Below are positions 36,978 to 48,821 of a DNA stretch of 64,000 bases, one piece after another (within the stretch, counting starts at the first letter, position 1; every line of letters starts with the position of its first letter). The notes beneath the pieces are model-generated. The model made no database searches. It saw nothing but the letters and a program-made list of their open reading frames with translations, and was not told where the DNA came from. The stretch is from assembly GCF_009914755.1 (NCBI RefSeq), contig NC_060926.1; one strand, written 5' to 3'. The stretch comes from the human T2T-CHM13v2.0 reference genome, Homo sapiens. The position numbers and the translations under genes are program-made.

Positions 36978-38269
36978 CTGCAACAAATGGCCCTGGGAAA
37001 ACTGGACATCCACATGCAAACAAGTGAAATTAGACCTTTATCTTACACCATAAGCAAAATATTAACTCTAAATGGATTAAAAACCTAAACATTAAAATAA
37101 AAAACTATAAAATTCCTAGAAGAAAACACAGAAGAAGAGCTTCATAATATTGGATATAACAATAATTTCTTGGATATGACACCAATAGCACAGGCAACAA
37201 AAGCAAAAATAGACAAGTGAGACTATATCAAACTTTAAAACTGCTATGCACCAAAAGACACAATTAACAGAGTAAAAAGGCAAACTATGGAATGGGAGAA
37301 AATATATGCAAATCATATATCTGAAAGTGGCTAATATCCAGAATATATAAAGAACTTCTATAATTCTACAACAACAGCAACAAACAACCTAATTAAAACT
37401 GAGCAAAGGAATTGAATAAACATTTCTCCAACAATGATAATACAAATGGCCAACAGCATATGAAAAGATGCTCAACATCCTAATAATTAGAGAAATGCAA
37501 ATTAAAACCACAATGAGGTAACACCTCACACCCCTTAGAATGGCTCCCCCCCACAAAAAAAAAAAAAAAAAAAAACAGAAAATAAAAAGTGTTGGCGAAG
37601 ATGTGGAGAAACTGGAACTCTTGTGCACTATTGGTGGGATTGTAAAGTGATGCTATGGAAAACAGCATAACAGTTTCTCAAAAAATTAAAAAAAGAACTA
37701 CCATATGCTCCAACAATTACCCTTCTGAGTACATATAAAAAAGATTTGAAAACAGAGCCTGGAAAAGATATCTGTACACCCGTGTTCTTAGCAGCCTTAT
37801 TCACAGTAGCCAAGAGGAAAAGCAACCCAAATTCTACAACAACAGTAGATAAAAAATAAACAAAATGTTATATATATATAATATTATATATATATATATG
37901 TATACACACACACACACACACACACACACAATGGAACATTATTCAGCCTTAATCAACCTTAATAAAAAAAATCCTGTCACAAGCTACAACATGGATGAAC
38001 CTTGAGGCCATTATGCTAAGTAAAATAAGCCAGTCACAAAAGGACAAATCTTGTATGATTCCACTTATATAAGATATCTAAAGTCGTCACATTCATAGAA
38101 ACAAAATAGAATGGTGGTTACCAGGGGCTGGAGTGAGAGGGAGTTATTGTTTAATGGGTACAGGGTTTCAGTTTTATAAGATGACAAAGTTCTGGATATC
38201 TGTTGCACAACAATGTGACTATACTTCACACTACTGAACTGTTCATTTAAAAAGGATTCAGATGGTAAA
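36978..38269 (+). mobile_element. L1MB 3' portion (end of ORF2 plus 3'UTR) with internal (TA)/(CA) repeat
   Basis: 'caacaaatggccctgggaaaactggacatccacatgcaaa', 'acaacatggatgaaccttgaggccattatgctaagtaaaataagccagtcacaaaaggacaaat', 'gagttattgtttaatgggtacagggtttcag'. Confidence 0.92.
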
Positions 38270-39232
38270 CAACAAGAACTGTGGAGAAAAGCCTTGATTT
38301 TAGGAGCCAAGACTCTTCAAGGTTCTGTGGGAAAGTGAAGCCTATGGCTGCAGCGATGAGGTCATAGAAGCAGGCCAGTTAGCTCTGCCTTTCAGCAGAA
38401 GCGGTTCCCCAAGAGAGTTGCCAGCAGAGACCTGTCAGTGAAGAGCCTTCCTAAGAGCTGGGGAAATAGCTCCTTTAGTGATGTGTCACCCAGCAATCAT
38501 GGTGGAAGCAACACCCACTACCCAGACCAAGTGCGAGCTAATTACAGCTGAGGCAAATGGAGGAAAATAATAGAAACAAGGGGTGCTCTTACAATAGAGG
38601 AGGGAGAGGCATTGCAGGACTAATATAAAGACCAGCTGGAAGTTGGTCTTTAAACTTCTATAGAAAAGCAGTAATCCTGGTTCTCTGCTGTCCATGTGAC
38701 CCTAACAACTCCTGGGCAACATGTCCTCATCCATCAGATCAGAATAATTACATCTTCCCTGCCTACCTTGGACAAGATTGCTATAAAAATAAAAACTAAA
38801 GTCATAAATATGTAAATGTTTTATAAATTGTAAAGTGCTCTAAAGTGTAGAAAATGAATTTGAGGAAGGAGCTTCTCAAACACTAGAAATGGCTGATAAA
38901 TCCCGAAGACTAGAAGTTCTGAGCTTCAGCAGGTCACCTGGCAGAACTGTCTTTCATGAAAAGGTGAAGCAAGGAGCAGATCACACCAAGATTTAAGTAC
39001 TAATTTTCTCCCATTACTGGTGGCTTCAATAATGTTTTTATCCCTCTGTTACTGGAACAAATGATGACCTTTGAGTTTCCAGGAGGGGAAAGAGCAGCAT
39101 TAACTTAGAAGCACATCATTTCTTCCTTCTCATGGAAGAGAGTTTTCATCTGTGAAAAGCTGACTCACTCATGTGAAACTCAGAGCTGAAAACTTGAATT
39201 TATTACAGTTATACCAGAATCATTGCCTTATA

Positions 39233-39416
39233 TTCCTTCTCTCCCTTCTCCCCTCCCTCCCTTCATCCCTCCCTTCCCTCCCCCTCCCTCCCTCTCTCCC
39301 TTCCTCCCTTCCTCCCCTTTCTTCCTTCCTTCCTTTATTCTTTCTCCACTTCCTTCTTTGCTTGTTGCTCACCCCTTTCTTCTTTGCTATATCTCTTTTT
39401 ATCTTTCCTTTCTTCT
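39233..39416. repeat. CT-rich polypyrimidine low-complexity tract
   Basis: (CCCT/CCTT)n-like run of ~180 nt. Confidence 0.9.
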
Positions 39417-40255
39417 GTCAACATTTTGAAGCTAAATGACATTCATCTCCAAACTGGTCTTCCTATCCACACAATATCATAATAGACATAGTACCTATGC
39501 CATACATTAAATGTCATATTGAATGAGGCTGGGGCACGTAGGTTTCCGTACATGGTCATCAGCCCCTCTGGCCCAGAGTGATTTCTTGACAATAGTTTAT
39601 TAATTACTCAATTCAGTCACATGGACAATATAACTAAATTGAGAGATCACTAATACTTGTTACCTGATAAATTTAGGTAAGTACTCTGTAACTAATTGGT
39701 TAGTAGATAGTTAAAAACTTCCAAGTTTGTTTAGAATGAATGGTAAAACTGGTTCTGTATATGTTGCATAAGCCTTTCTGCCTCTTGCCCCTGAGATAGC
39801 CCCATTTCCTGATGATCTACATTCAAACAAGTTCATATTTATTTTCACTCCAGAAATAAATTTTGGTCAAGAATTTAAAGGGAGATTTGAGGGGTTTATT
39901 CAAAGTTTCACTCTGAAGCCACAGAAAACAATATAGCCCCATGGATCGCAAGTTAAATATCGAAAGGAATAGACATCATATATAATTTTTCATTTATTAA
40001 CTAAAATATAAATCAAATGTAGAAGTTAACAAATATCTAAGTAAATTATAATTTTCATCTCTATTATTAGCAGTTAATGCACCTAGGTATAGGGTAGGCT
40101 CTGACAGTTGGAGTTAATAGTTACTGATATTTTTTATTATTTATTTACAAGGAAGTAAAAGGGAAACATTTTTAGAACTAATATGTGATTCTGGGTTTTT
40201 TATTTTTATGGATAATTCAAAGTAAAAATGCTCGTTATTGAATCTCAATGAAAGG

Positions 40256-40573
40256 TTTTTTTTTTTTTGACACAGGGTCTCACTCTGTCACACAGGCTGG
40301 AGTGCAATGGCATTTTCACAATTCTGCGCAGCCTTGAACTCCTGGGCTCAAGTGATCCTTCCACTTCAGCCTTCCCAGCAGCTAAGACTACTTCCCAGCA
40401 GCTGAGACTATAGGCACACAACACCATGACTGGATTTATGTATATGTGTGTGTGTGTGTGTGTGTATATATACATATATATATATGTATGTATATATATA
40501 TGTATATATACACACACACACATATATATATACACACACACACATATATACACACACACACACATATATATAT

Positions 40574-40604
<31 letters not shown>

Positions 40605-40745
40605 GACACACACACATACATATATAGGCAAGATCCCACTATGTTGCCCAGGCTGGCTGCAAACTCCTGGGCTCAAGCAATCTCTCTTTCTGGCCTTGGC
40701 CTCCCAAAGTGCTGGGATTACAGGTGTGATCCAGCATGCCCAGCC
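40256..40745 (-). mobile_element. AluJ (Jo-like) whose middle linker is replaced by a compound microsatellite
   Basis: Right arm 40256-40437, (TG)/(TA)/(CA) tract ~40438-40626, left arm to 'cccagcc' at 40745; AluJ diagnostics (gggtctc, ctcctgggctcaag). Confidence 0.92.
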
Positions 40746-40884
40746 AATAAAAATATTTTCAGAATTACCACCAAACAGTTTTATTGGTACTCTCCAATTT
40801 AGGGCATCCCATTATTGAGATTAGGTGAATTGGTCAGGCTCACCCAGTTGATTTTAAATATTTCTTTTAGGATTAGCTGTGAAA

Positions 40885-41075
40885 TCTAACAGAGCTGGGT
40901 GTGAGTCTTCATGCCACCACTATGCACTATAAGATATTGGGCAGGTTACTTAACCTTTTTATGCTTCTATAAAATGGGACTTTCACCCACTTAATGCAGG
41001 TGTTATGAGGATGTAAGTAGCTTAAGGTAATGCCTGCCACAGAGTAAGTATTAGATTAATATTATTATTAGTAAC
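40885..41075 (+). mobile_element. MIR
   Basis: 'gatattgggcaggttacttaacc...tataaaatggg...gttatgaggatg...aatgcctgccacagagtaagta'. Confidence 0.65.
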
Positions 41076-44000
41076 GGTAGTATTCTTATTATTAAATAGA
41101 GAAATGGGACTAGGTGTTCCTCAAGATCTCTTTCAGTTTTAAAATGCTATGAATTCATGTTCCAGACAAAACTGACTTAAGATTTGAGAAAATTGTAATA
41201 AGACCATCTGTTGGCAAGAATTAGCCAACTCCAGGTAGATTTAACTTATACATTTCTTTATCATTGACCTTTGGAGAGGTATCAAGCTTTCAAGCCATTG
41301 TTCAAAACCAATTTCAAATATTACCATTGACTGCTACATCAGAAACATGTTTCCTATTAAAATAAAATATAGCCCATTTTTAAAAAATTGCCCTTAAGCA
41401 AATATCCAGGCTTTTAAAAATTAATTCTATTTCCAAAGTTATGCTTATACCATTAAGATTCCAGTTTGACTTAATGATATTGGCATAAACTTGTATACTC
41501 TTTACTAAGGTACAGCCCTTGACTTCCCTCTAGTACTTGTAAGAGCCTCGTTGGGAACATCAACTGAAACATTCCAGGGGAAGAGAAAAAATGAAATAAA
41601 ACACAACCTGCCCGCCCCACCTGCCTCACCCACCATACACACTTATTGGATGTTCAAATCTCATACAGAAAAGCCCTTTGATTTCCTTTTAACCACAATC
41701 AGAACAACCTCAGACCAGCTTTCCCGACATCCATGTGCAATGTTGCTGAGCTGCTTACAACTTTACTTTAGGACTCTAACAAAGTCTTGGCAACTTGCTC
41801 TTGGAGTTTCTCAAAGCCACAGCAGTTCTTTCTCGCTTTTAATGAAATTCCTTTCTATTTCTCCAGGTATGACTCCCCTTGGACCAGCAAGGCATATTTT
41901 CTCCTTGAGTTAGGACAGCTTATGACAAATAATGATGGGGAATCAATAGACAGGAGGGAAATATTGGGTGAGAGGCTGAATGAATCTCTGAGATAAATTA
42001 TTGACCATAGGCATGGCCAGTTCTCCTTTCACTTATATGTTCGTATTCCATCTCACTAACAACCTGAAAGAAAATCAAATATTTTGTTTGGGGGCTTCAC
42101 TAATATCAGCAACTTTTACTATCTTAATGGCATTTTTATTGATCTCAGCTTTAATGGGAGCTGTATATATTTGATGTTGGTCATTTAAAGTAGAGGTGAG
42201 TAATAGACTTCCCCACTGAGGATCATAAAGCAGCTCCTTGTCTGGCAAGCACGGGAAGCAAATAGAAGACAGCATTTAATCTACTGTTCTACTGCAGTTA
42301 TCAGGGGCTGAGATAAAAAAAAATTAAAATGTAAAGGTTGGCAATTCCCCACCCCCAGGCTTCTCACCCCCTCCTGTGTCCTATCCCCCTTCACCCCTCC
42401 CCATGCTGACTCCTGGGCACACTGGTCATCAGCAGACTAACAACAAAAGGCCATTGGTGCAATGACCTTGGCTGTGGCATCACGCACTGGAAGAAAGAAA
42501 TGAAGCCATTAGACTGAGGCAGGAGAACAGGTTATAAATCAAGCCATTTCCAATAAGCTGCCGTAATGGCCATCCATCATTGCCAGCCCAGCACACAGCA
42601 GACCATGGAGACACTGGAGCTGCTAAAGCTGAGACATAAACAATAATAATCCGGGCTTGATGTTTCAGCCCTTCAGGAAATTTAGGGACATTTGCTTTTC
42701 TTTTGTTTGTCAGAGGTGATATTTAAAGCATAAGATGTAATAAATAGAGGATAGGTGACACACTGGTACAGTTTAGAAGCACTGCATTCTGGGTGGGATT
42801 AAAGGGAAAATCAAAAGCTAAATTCCAAAAATAGTCACTGCTTCTGGGATAAAACAAAATAAAAAGCAGACCCCCAACCAGAGAAACAAACTAAACATCA
42901 CAATTTTCATGGAATGACGCTTAGATGTTTTTGGAATAGGTCAACAGGTCTCATTGCTTGGAGAATTATATCAATAGTGGATGGTGATTTTGTTTGTATA
43001 AGAAAGAAAGAAAATTGGACAAGTGGTTCAAATTTGCATTTGTAACCAGGTTACAAGTGGTTAACTGGAATTAGATATGTAAAGGCTGTGTCTTTTAATA
43101 ATATCCTATTGCTCGCTTCTAGGGTGTGATTCACCATGGTGTGTGACCTTATGGCAAATATTTCAAAACAATGTTGTTAACATCTTAACTGCACTTGAGA
43201 TTGTTTACTGGGGCTTTGGGGGGAAAAGATGCCAGGCAAAGAACTAGCTGTTCTTGTATGTCTTTTTTTTTTTTTCTGAAAGTCTTTAAAATGATTTCCT
43301 CAGGTTATTAGGATTTTATTTCAAAGCTCTGCCCATCAGAGATCACTATCCAGCATATCTTTCCAGATTTCTCATTTCTATTCCACAATGCTCACCCATC
43401 TCTATATCTTGATTTGATTATGCAACATATCCAGGCCATCTTTTTTACATTATATGATATTTTCCACTACAAATAATAATGCCAGTTTTCAGAAATATAT
43501 TTCAGATCATTAAAAGCAACTAACAGGGTTGGATGGTCTTAAAATTTACAAGATAACCCTTATGGATTATGATGCTGTTTCAAACCACTCCGTAATGTAG
43601 TGGAGTGAACTTGTCTTGTACTAAAAGCCAACAGCAATTAAACTAAGCATAACCGAGAGACATGTTGCAACAACAACAGAATGTTCAAAGAGCAATTCTT
43701 TGAAATGTATGAAGGGATTCTAACTTTCCTTTCAAATTGATCATTGCACTTTTAAAGCTCCGTATGTATGCAAGTCTTACAGGGTATTTGTGCCATAGTT
43801 ATGATGCAAATACTAGAAGAAGGTTAAATAAAGTCCAATTAAACAGTGTAGTAATTGAGGTGAAAATCTATGATTTATGGAAATTGCCGTGCTTCTCAAC
43901 AGAAAGAAATCAGTCACAACCAGGTAAGGAGATTTAGTCCCATTTACTTTCTTTTTACCCTAAACTTAAGATTCATAAAAGAGGAAAATGTAAACTTAGA

Positions 44001-44275
44001 TTCTTATACATTGGTGAACTACTACTCTCAGAATGTTTTAATTATATTTTCAGAACAGAGTGAGGTAAGGTGATATGCCCTACAACAAATCAATGCAGGC
44101 AATAACCATTTTTCTTGCTGGCTGAAAAATAGGACTGCCAATTACAAGTTTGGGAACTGATTAAAATAGCTGAAGAAGCTGAAGACTCTTAATCAGACAC
44201 ATTTAGGGACATGATAAATTTTGATTCCAGGTAAGCCTGGAACATTTATCCAAAATGAATCCATCTGTTCTGACA

Positions 44276-44427
44276 TTTTTTTTTTCTTTTTAGAGACAAA
44301 TTCTCATTCTGTTTCCCAGGCTAGAGTGCAGGGGCAGGATCATAGTCACTGCAGCCTCAACCATCTGGGTTCAAAGGATCTTCCCACCTCAGTAGCTGGG
44401 ACTACAGGTGTGGGCCACCACACCTGG
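44276..44427 (-). mobile_element. FRAM / AluJ right monomer
   Basis: 'gagacaaattctcattctgtttcccaggctagagtgcagg...cactgcagcctcaa...gtagctgggactacaggtg'. Confidence 0.85.
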
Positions 44428-44440
44428 TGTTTTCTGACAA

Positions 44441-44744
44441 TTTTTTTTTTTTTTTTTTTTTGAGATGGAGTCTCACTCTGTCACCCAGGCTTGAGTGCAG
44501 TGACGAGATCTTGGCTCACAGCAAGCTCCGCCTTCCGGGTTCACACCATTCTCCTGCCTCAGCCTCTGGAGTAGCTGGGACTACAGGCACCCACCACCAT
44601 GCCCAGCTGATCTTTTTTGTATTTTTAGTAGAGACGGGGTTTCACCGTGTTAGCCAGGATGGTCTCGATCTCCTGACCTCATGATCCGCCCGCCTTGTCC
44701 TCCCAAAGTGCTGGGATTATAGGCATGAGCCACCACACCTGACC
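44441..44744 (-). mobile_element. AluY
   Basis: Diagnostics 'gcaagctccgcc', 'ttcacaccattctcc', 'gttagccaggatggtctcgatctcc'; TSD ttttctgacaatttt. Confidence 0.96.
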
Positions 44745-45306
44745 CTTTTCTGACAATTTTTAAGAAAATATTTTAAAATGCCTTTTGGCTTCTCTGGTAC
44801 AAAGACAGGATCTATCTAACTACTAGTGAGGGGAAATTAGGATGGATTTTTCTTTCATTTTTTTTGTGTGTTATCCTATCAAATTTGCACCCTCAGCTAA
44901 ATGGGGGAAGAATTGGGTTTGTCACAGACTTTTCAAGAAAGCGTAAATTTTTAATGATTTGTCTAAATATTCCTATAATTAAGCATCCGAAGATGTTTTA
45001 ATACGAATGTAATAGATTTGTTTTCTCATGAGCTGCTATTTAAATAGTCACTTATAATAAATATTTATAAGTGTTTATAAATAAAATATTAATTGCCTGA
45101 AATGATATTTTAATGCAGTGCTAACAATCAATGAAATATGCCGTAGCATGAGCCTGTCTCACAAAATGTTTTGGAGGTTCTGACTCTACACTGGCACCAC
45201 CATGGTTGCCTAAGGGACAGGCATAGCTGTGGGGGTGTTTCCAGGGCTGCTCTTGGACAGAGACAAACCTCTCCAGATGTTAGGATTGTTAGAAATGCCA
45301 AGCCAC

Positions 45307-45435
45307 ACTCATAGGTGGGAATTGAACAATGAGAACACTTGGACACAGGGCGGGGAACATCACACACCAGGGCCTGTCGTGGGGTGAGGGGGTAGGGAAG
45401 GGATAGCAAAGTATAATTAAAAAAGAAAAAAAAAG
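45307..45435 (+). mobile_element. Very short L1PA 3' fragment with internal deletion
   Basis: 'actcataggtgggaattgaacaatgagaacacttggacacagg...gggatagca|aagtataat' plus A-tail; TSD gaaatgccaag(c/g)cac (45292-45306 / 45436-45450). Confidence 0.93.
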
Positions 45436-46481
45436 GAAATGCCAAGGCACAAACAACTCAACGATCTCCCTCCTCTTCCTTCTGCACAAAATCTCTAACA
45501 AAAATGGTACCATCTAGACTATTACCTGTGCTTTGCACAGTGGAAGATTTCATTTTATCCTCTCAGGCACTTGTTCCAAAGCCCCAGTCTCTTTTTTGCC
45601 TCTAGCCCTCTAATTGTGAAACCTTTCAGAAAGAGAAGGACAGAGAACTGAGTGTTATCCAGGTTGCTCACAGCTTGTGCAACTTGTTCTGTGCCAAGGC
45701 CAAATTGGATTATGAAATGTTAAATAGATAAGGAGACAGGAAGAAAAGATTGTAAACAGTCTCTACTCAGTTTTGATCTGGATAAGAAAGAAGAAGAAAA
45801 ATTAATGGTAGCCTTTTGAAATTTCTTTTTAGATTGTTTGTCTACTACTCTCCTACCCAGGAGCAAACAGAGTCTCTGTGGGCCTCCGTACCTCCATCTG
45901 TGAACTATGAAAATAAATGTATGCTATTTACATATTTTTAGGGACGCTAATGAGAGCAACAGTTTATTTTTATTTATTCATTAATTGATTCAATTCATAA
46001 ACTTTCACCATCTGCTACAAAGACTCAATTAACTAATTGTTATATCCCAGTTTGCATGTATAATATTTTATAGAAATGCTAAAATGATAGAGGCAGCAGG
46101 GTATAAGAGCAAGGTTAGATTTTTTTTGGAAGAGTGTATCACACTTTCACCATGCACTTATCTTCAAGGAAATTTGAATATTGTGAATCTTCTGTGTTAT
46201 GTAAAGGAAAGTGCACCCAGTGGGCAATGACAGACTTTGTTTATTGGCTTAGCTTTAGTGTGTAGCATCTGGTGCTCTGAATGAATGTTCTACTACATTT
46301 GAGCCTCAGTTTCTACATTTATAAAATGAAGAAGCTGGATGAGATGTTGTTAATGATAAGAATGCTAATAATACTTTACATTTATTTACTTTTTTTTTTT
46401 TTACCATTTAAATAGTTCTTGCTGTTACGGCATCAAACTTGATTCTTTAAAATGCTATCTTAAAGATGACAATTGAAGGTA

Positions 46482-48821
46482 CAGGCATGCCTTGGAGTTT
46501 GATGGTACAGGCACACCTTGCAGGTTTGATTTCAGACCACCACTATAAAGCAAATATTGTAATAAAGGTATATTATGCATATATACATATATGCATTTTA
46601 GATATATATAAAAAGTGCATATACCTTAATTTAAAAATACTTAATTGCTAAAAAATGCTAATGACCATCTGACCCTTCAGACAGTCATAAACTTTTTTCT
46701 GGTGGAGGGTTTTGTTTTATTATACATAGCTGTGAACCTAGGTGGTGGTGGCTGAAGGCTTGGGTGGCTGTGGCAACTTCTTAAAATAAGAGAACAATTA
46801 AGTTTTCTACATCAATTGACTTTTCCTTTCACAAAATACTTCTCTGTTAAATGCAATGCTGTTTGATAGTACTTACCCCCAGTCAAACTTCTTTCAAAAT
46901 TGGAGTCAATCCTCTCAAACTCTGCTATTGCTTTATCAACTAAGTGTATGTAATATTCTAAAGTTTTATTGCAATTTGAACAATGTTGACAGCATCTTCA
47001 CCAGGAGTCAATTCAATCCCATGAAATAATTTTCTTTGCTCGTCCATAAGAAGCAATTTTAAATCCATTTAAGTTTTACCATGAGATTGCAGCAATTCAG
47101 CCACATCTTCAGGCGTCATTGCTAAATCTCTTGCTATTTCCACGTCTGCGGTAACTTCCTCCACTGACATCTTGAACCCCTCAAAGTCATCCACAAGAGT
47201 TGGAATCAACTTCTCCCAAACTCCTGCTAATGTTCATATTTTGATATCCTCCCATGAATCAATCATGGATGTTCTTAATGACATCTAGGATGGTGAATTC
47301 TTTCCAGAAACTTTTTAATTGACTTTGCTCAGATCCACCAAAGGAATCACTATTGCGGCTATAGCCTTCCAAAATGTATTTTCTAAATAATAAGACTTGA
47401 AAGTTAAAATTACTCCTTGATCCGTGGGCTGCAGAATGGTGTTGTGTTAGCAGGCATGAAAACAACATTCACCTCTTGGTACATCTCCATCAGAGCTCTT
47501 GGGTGACCAGATGCATTGTCAGTGAACAGTACTCTTTTGAAAGGAATCTTTCTTTCTAAGCAGTAGGTCTCAAGAGTGAGCTTAAAATATTCAATAAACC
47601 ATGCTGTAAAGAGATGTACTGGTATCCAGGCTTTGTTGTTCCATTTTTAAAAACAATGTACTCTGTACAGGCAGAGTAAATTGAGCATAATTCTTAAGCA
47701 ACTTAGGATGTTCAGAATGGTAAATGAGCATTGCCTTTGACTGAAACTCACTAGCTGCATAAGCTCCTAACAAGAGTCAGCTTGTCCTTTGAAGCTTTAA
47801 AGCCAGGCATTGACTTCTCCTCTCTGGTTATGAAACTCTTAGATGGCATCATCTTCCACTAGAAGGTTGTTTTGTCTACATTGAAAATCTGTTGTTTAGT
47901 GTACCCACCTCCATCAGTGGCTATAGCTAGATCTTGATAACTTGCTGCAGCTTCTCCATCAGCACTTGTTTCTCCACCTTGCACTTTAATGTTATGGAGA
48001 TGGCTTCTTTCCTTAAACCTCATGAGCCAACATCTGTTTGCTTCAAACTTTTCTTCTGCAGCTTCCTCACCTCTCACGGCCTTCATAGAATTGAAGAGAA
48101 TTAGGGCCTTGGTCTGGATTAGGATGTGGGCTGGTTTGATCTTCTATACAGACCACTAAAATTTTCTCCACGTTAGCAATAAGGCTGTTTCACTTTCTTA
48201 TGTGTTCACTGAAGTAATACTTAGTTTCCTTCATGAACTCTTCCTTTGCATTCACAACTTGGATAAATGGCACAAGAGGCCTAGATTCAGGCCTATCTCA
48301 GCTTTCAGCATGTCTTCCTCACTAAGCTTTATCATTTCTAGCATTTGATTTGAAATGAGAGATATCTAACTCTTCCTTTCACGTGAATACACGCAGGCCA
48401 TCATACAGTTATTAATTGGCTTAATTTCAATATTCTTGTGTCTCAGGGTATAGGGAGGGCCAAGGAGAGGGACAGAGACAGGGGAATGGCTAGTTGGTGG
48501 AGCAATCAGAACACACATCACTGATCAGTTAAGTTCGGCATCTTATATGAGTGTGGTTCATGGCACTCCAAAGCAATTACAATAGTAACGTCAAAGATCA
48601 CTACTCACAGATCACAATAACAGATGTAATAATAATGAAAAAGTTTGGCATATTGTGAGAATTACCAAAATGGGACACAGAAGCACAAAGTGAGCCAAGC
48701 TGTTGGAAAAATGGCAGCAGCGGACTTGCCGACGCAGGGGAGCCTCAAACCTTCAATCTGTAAAAAATGCAATACCTGTGAAGTACGATAAAGCGAAGTG
48801 CAAGATAACAAGGTATGCCTG
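46482..48821 (-). mobile_element. Near full-length Tigger1 (pogo/Tc1-mariner) DNA transposon, inactivated transposase
   Basis: TIRs ta|caggcat..ccttg and caaggtatgcctg|ta; minus-strand ORF pieces [51 protein letters not shown] and [20 protein letters not shown]. Confidence 0.96.

Noticed and set aside
40245-40818. Several 70-140 aa ORFs rich in CV/YI/HT
   Set aside because: Translations of a dinucleotide microsatellite within an Alu
47259-48086. TIGD1-like transposase ORFs as a domesticated gene
   Set aside because: Broken into short pieces within an ordinary Tigger1 copy that retains its TIRs
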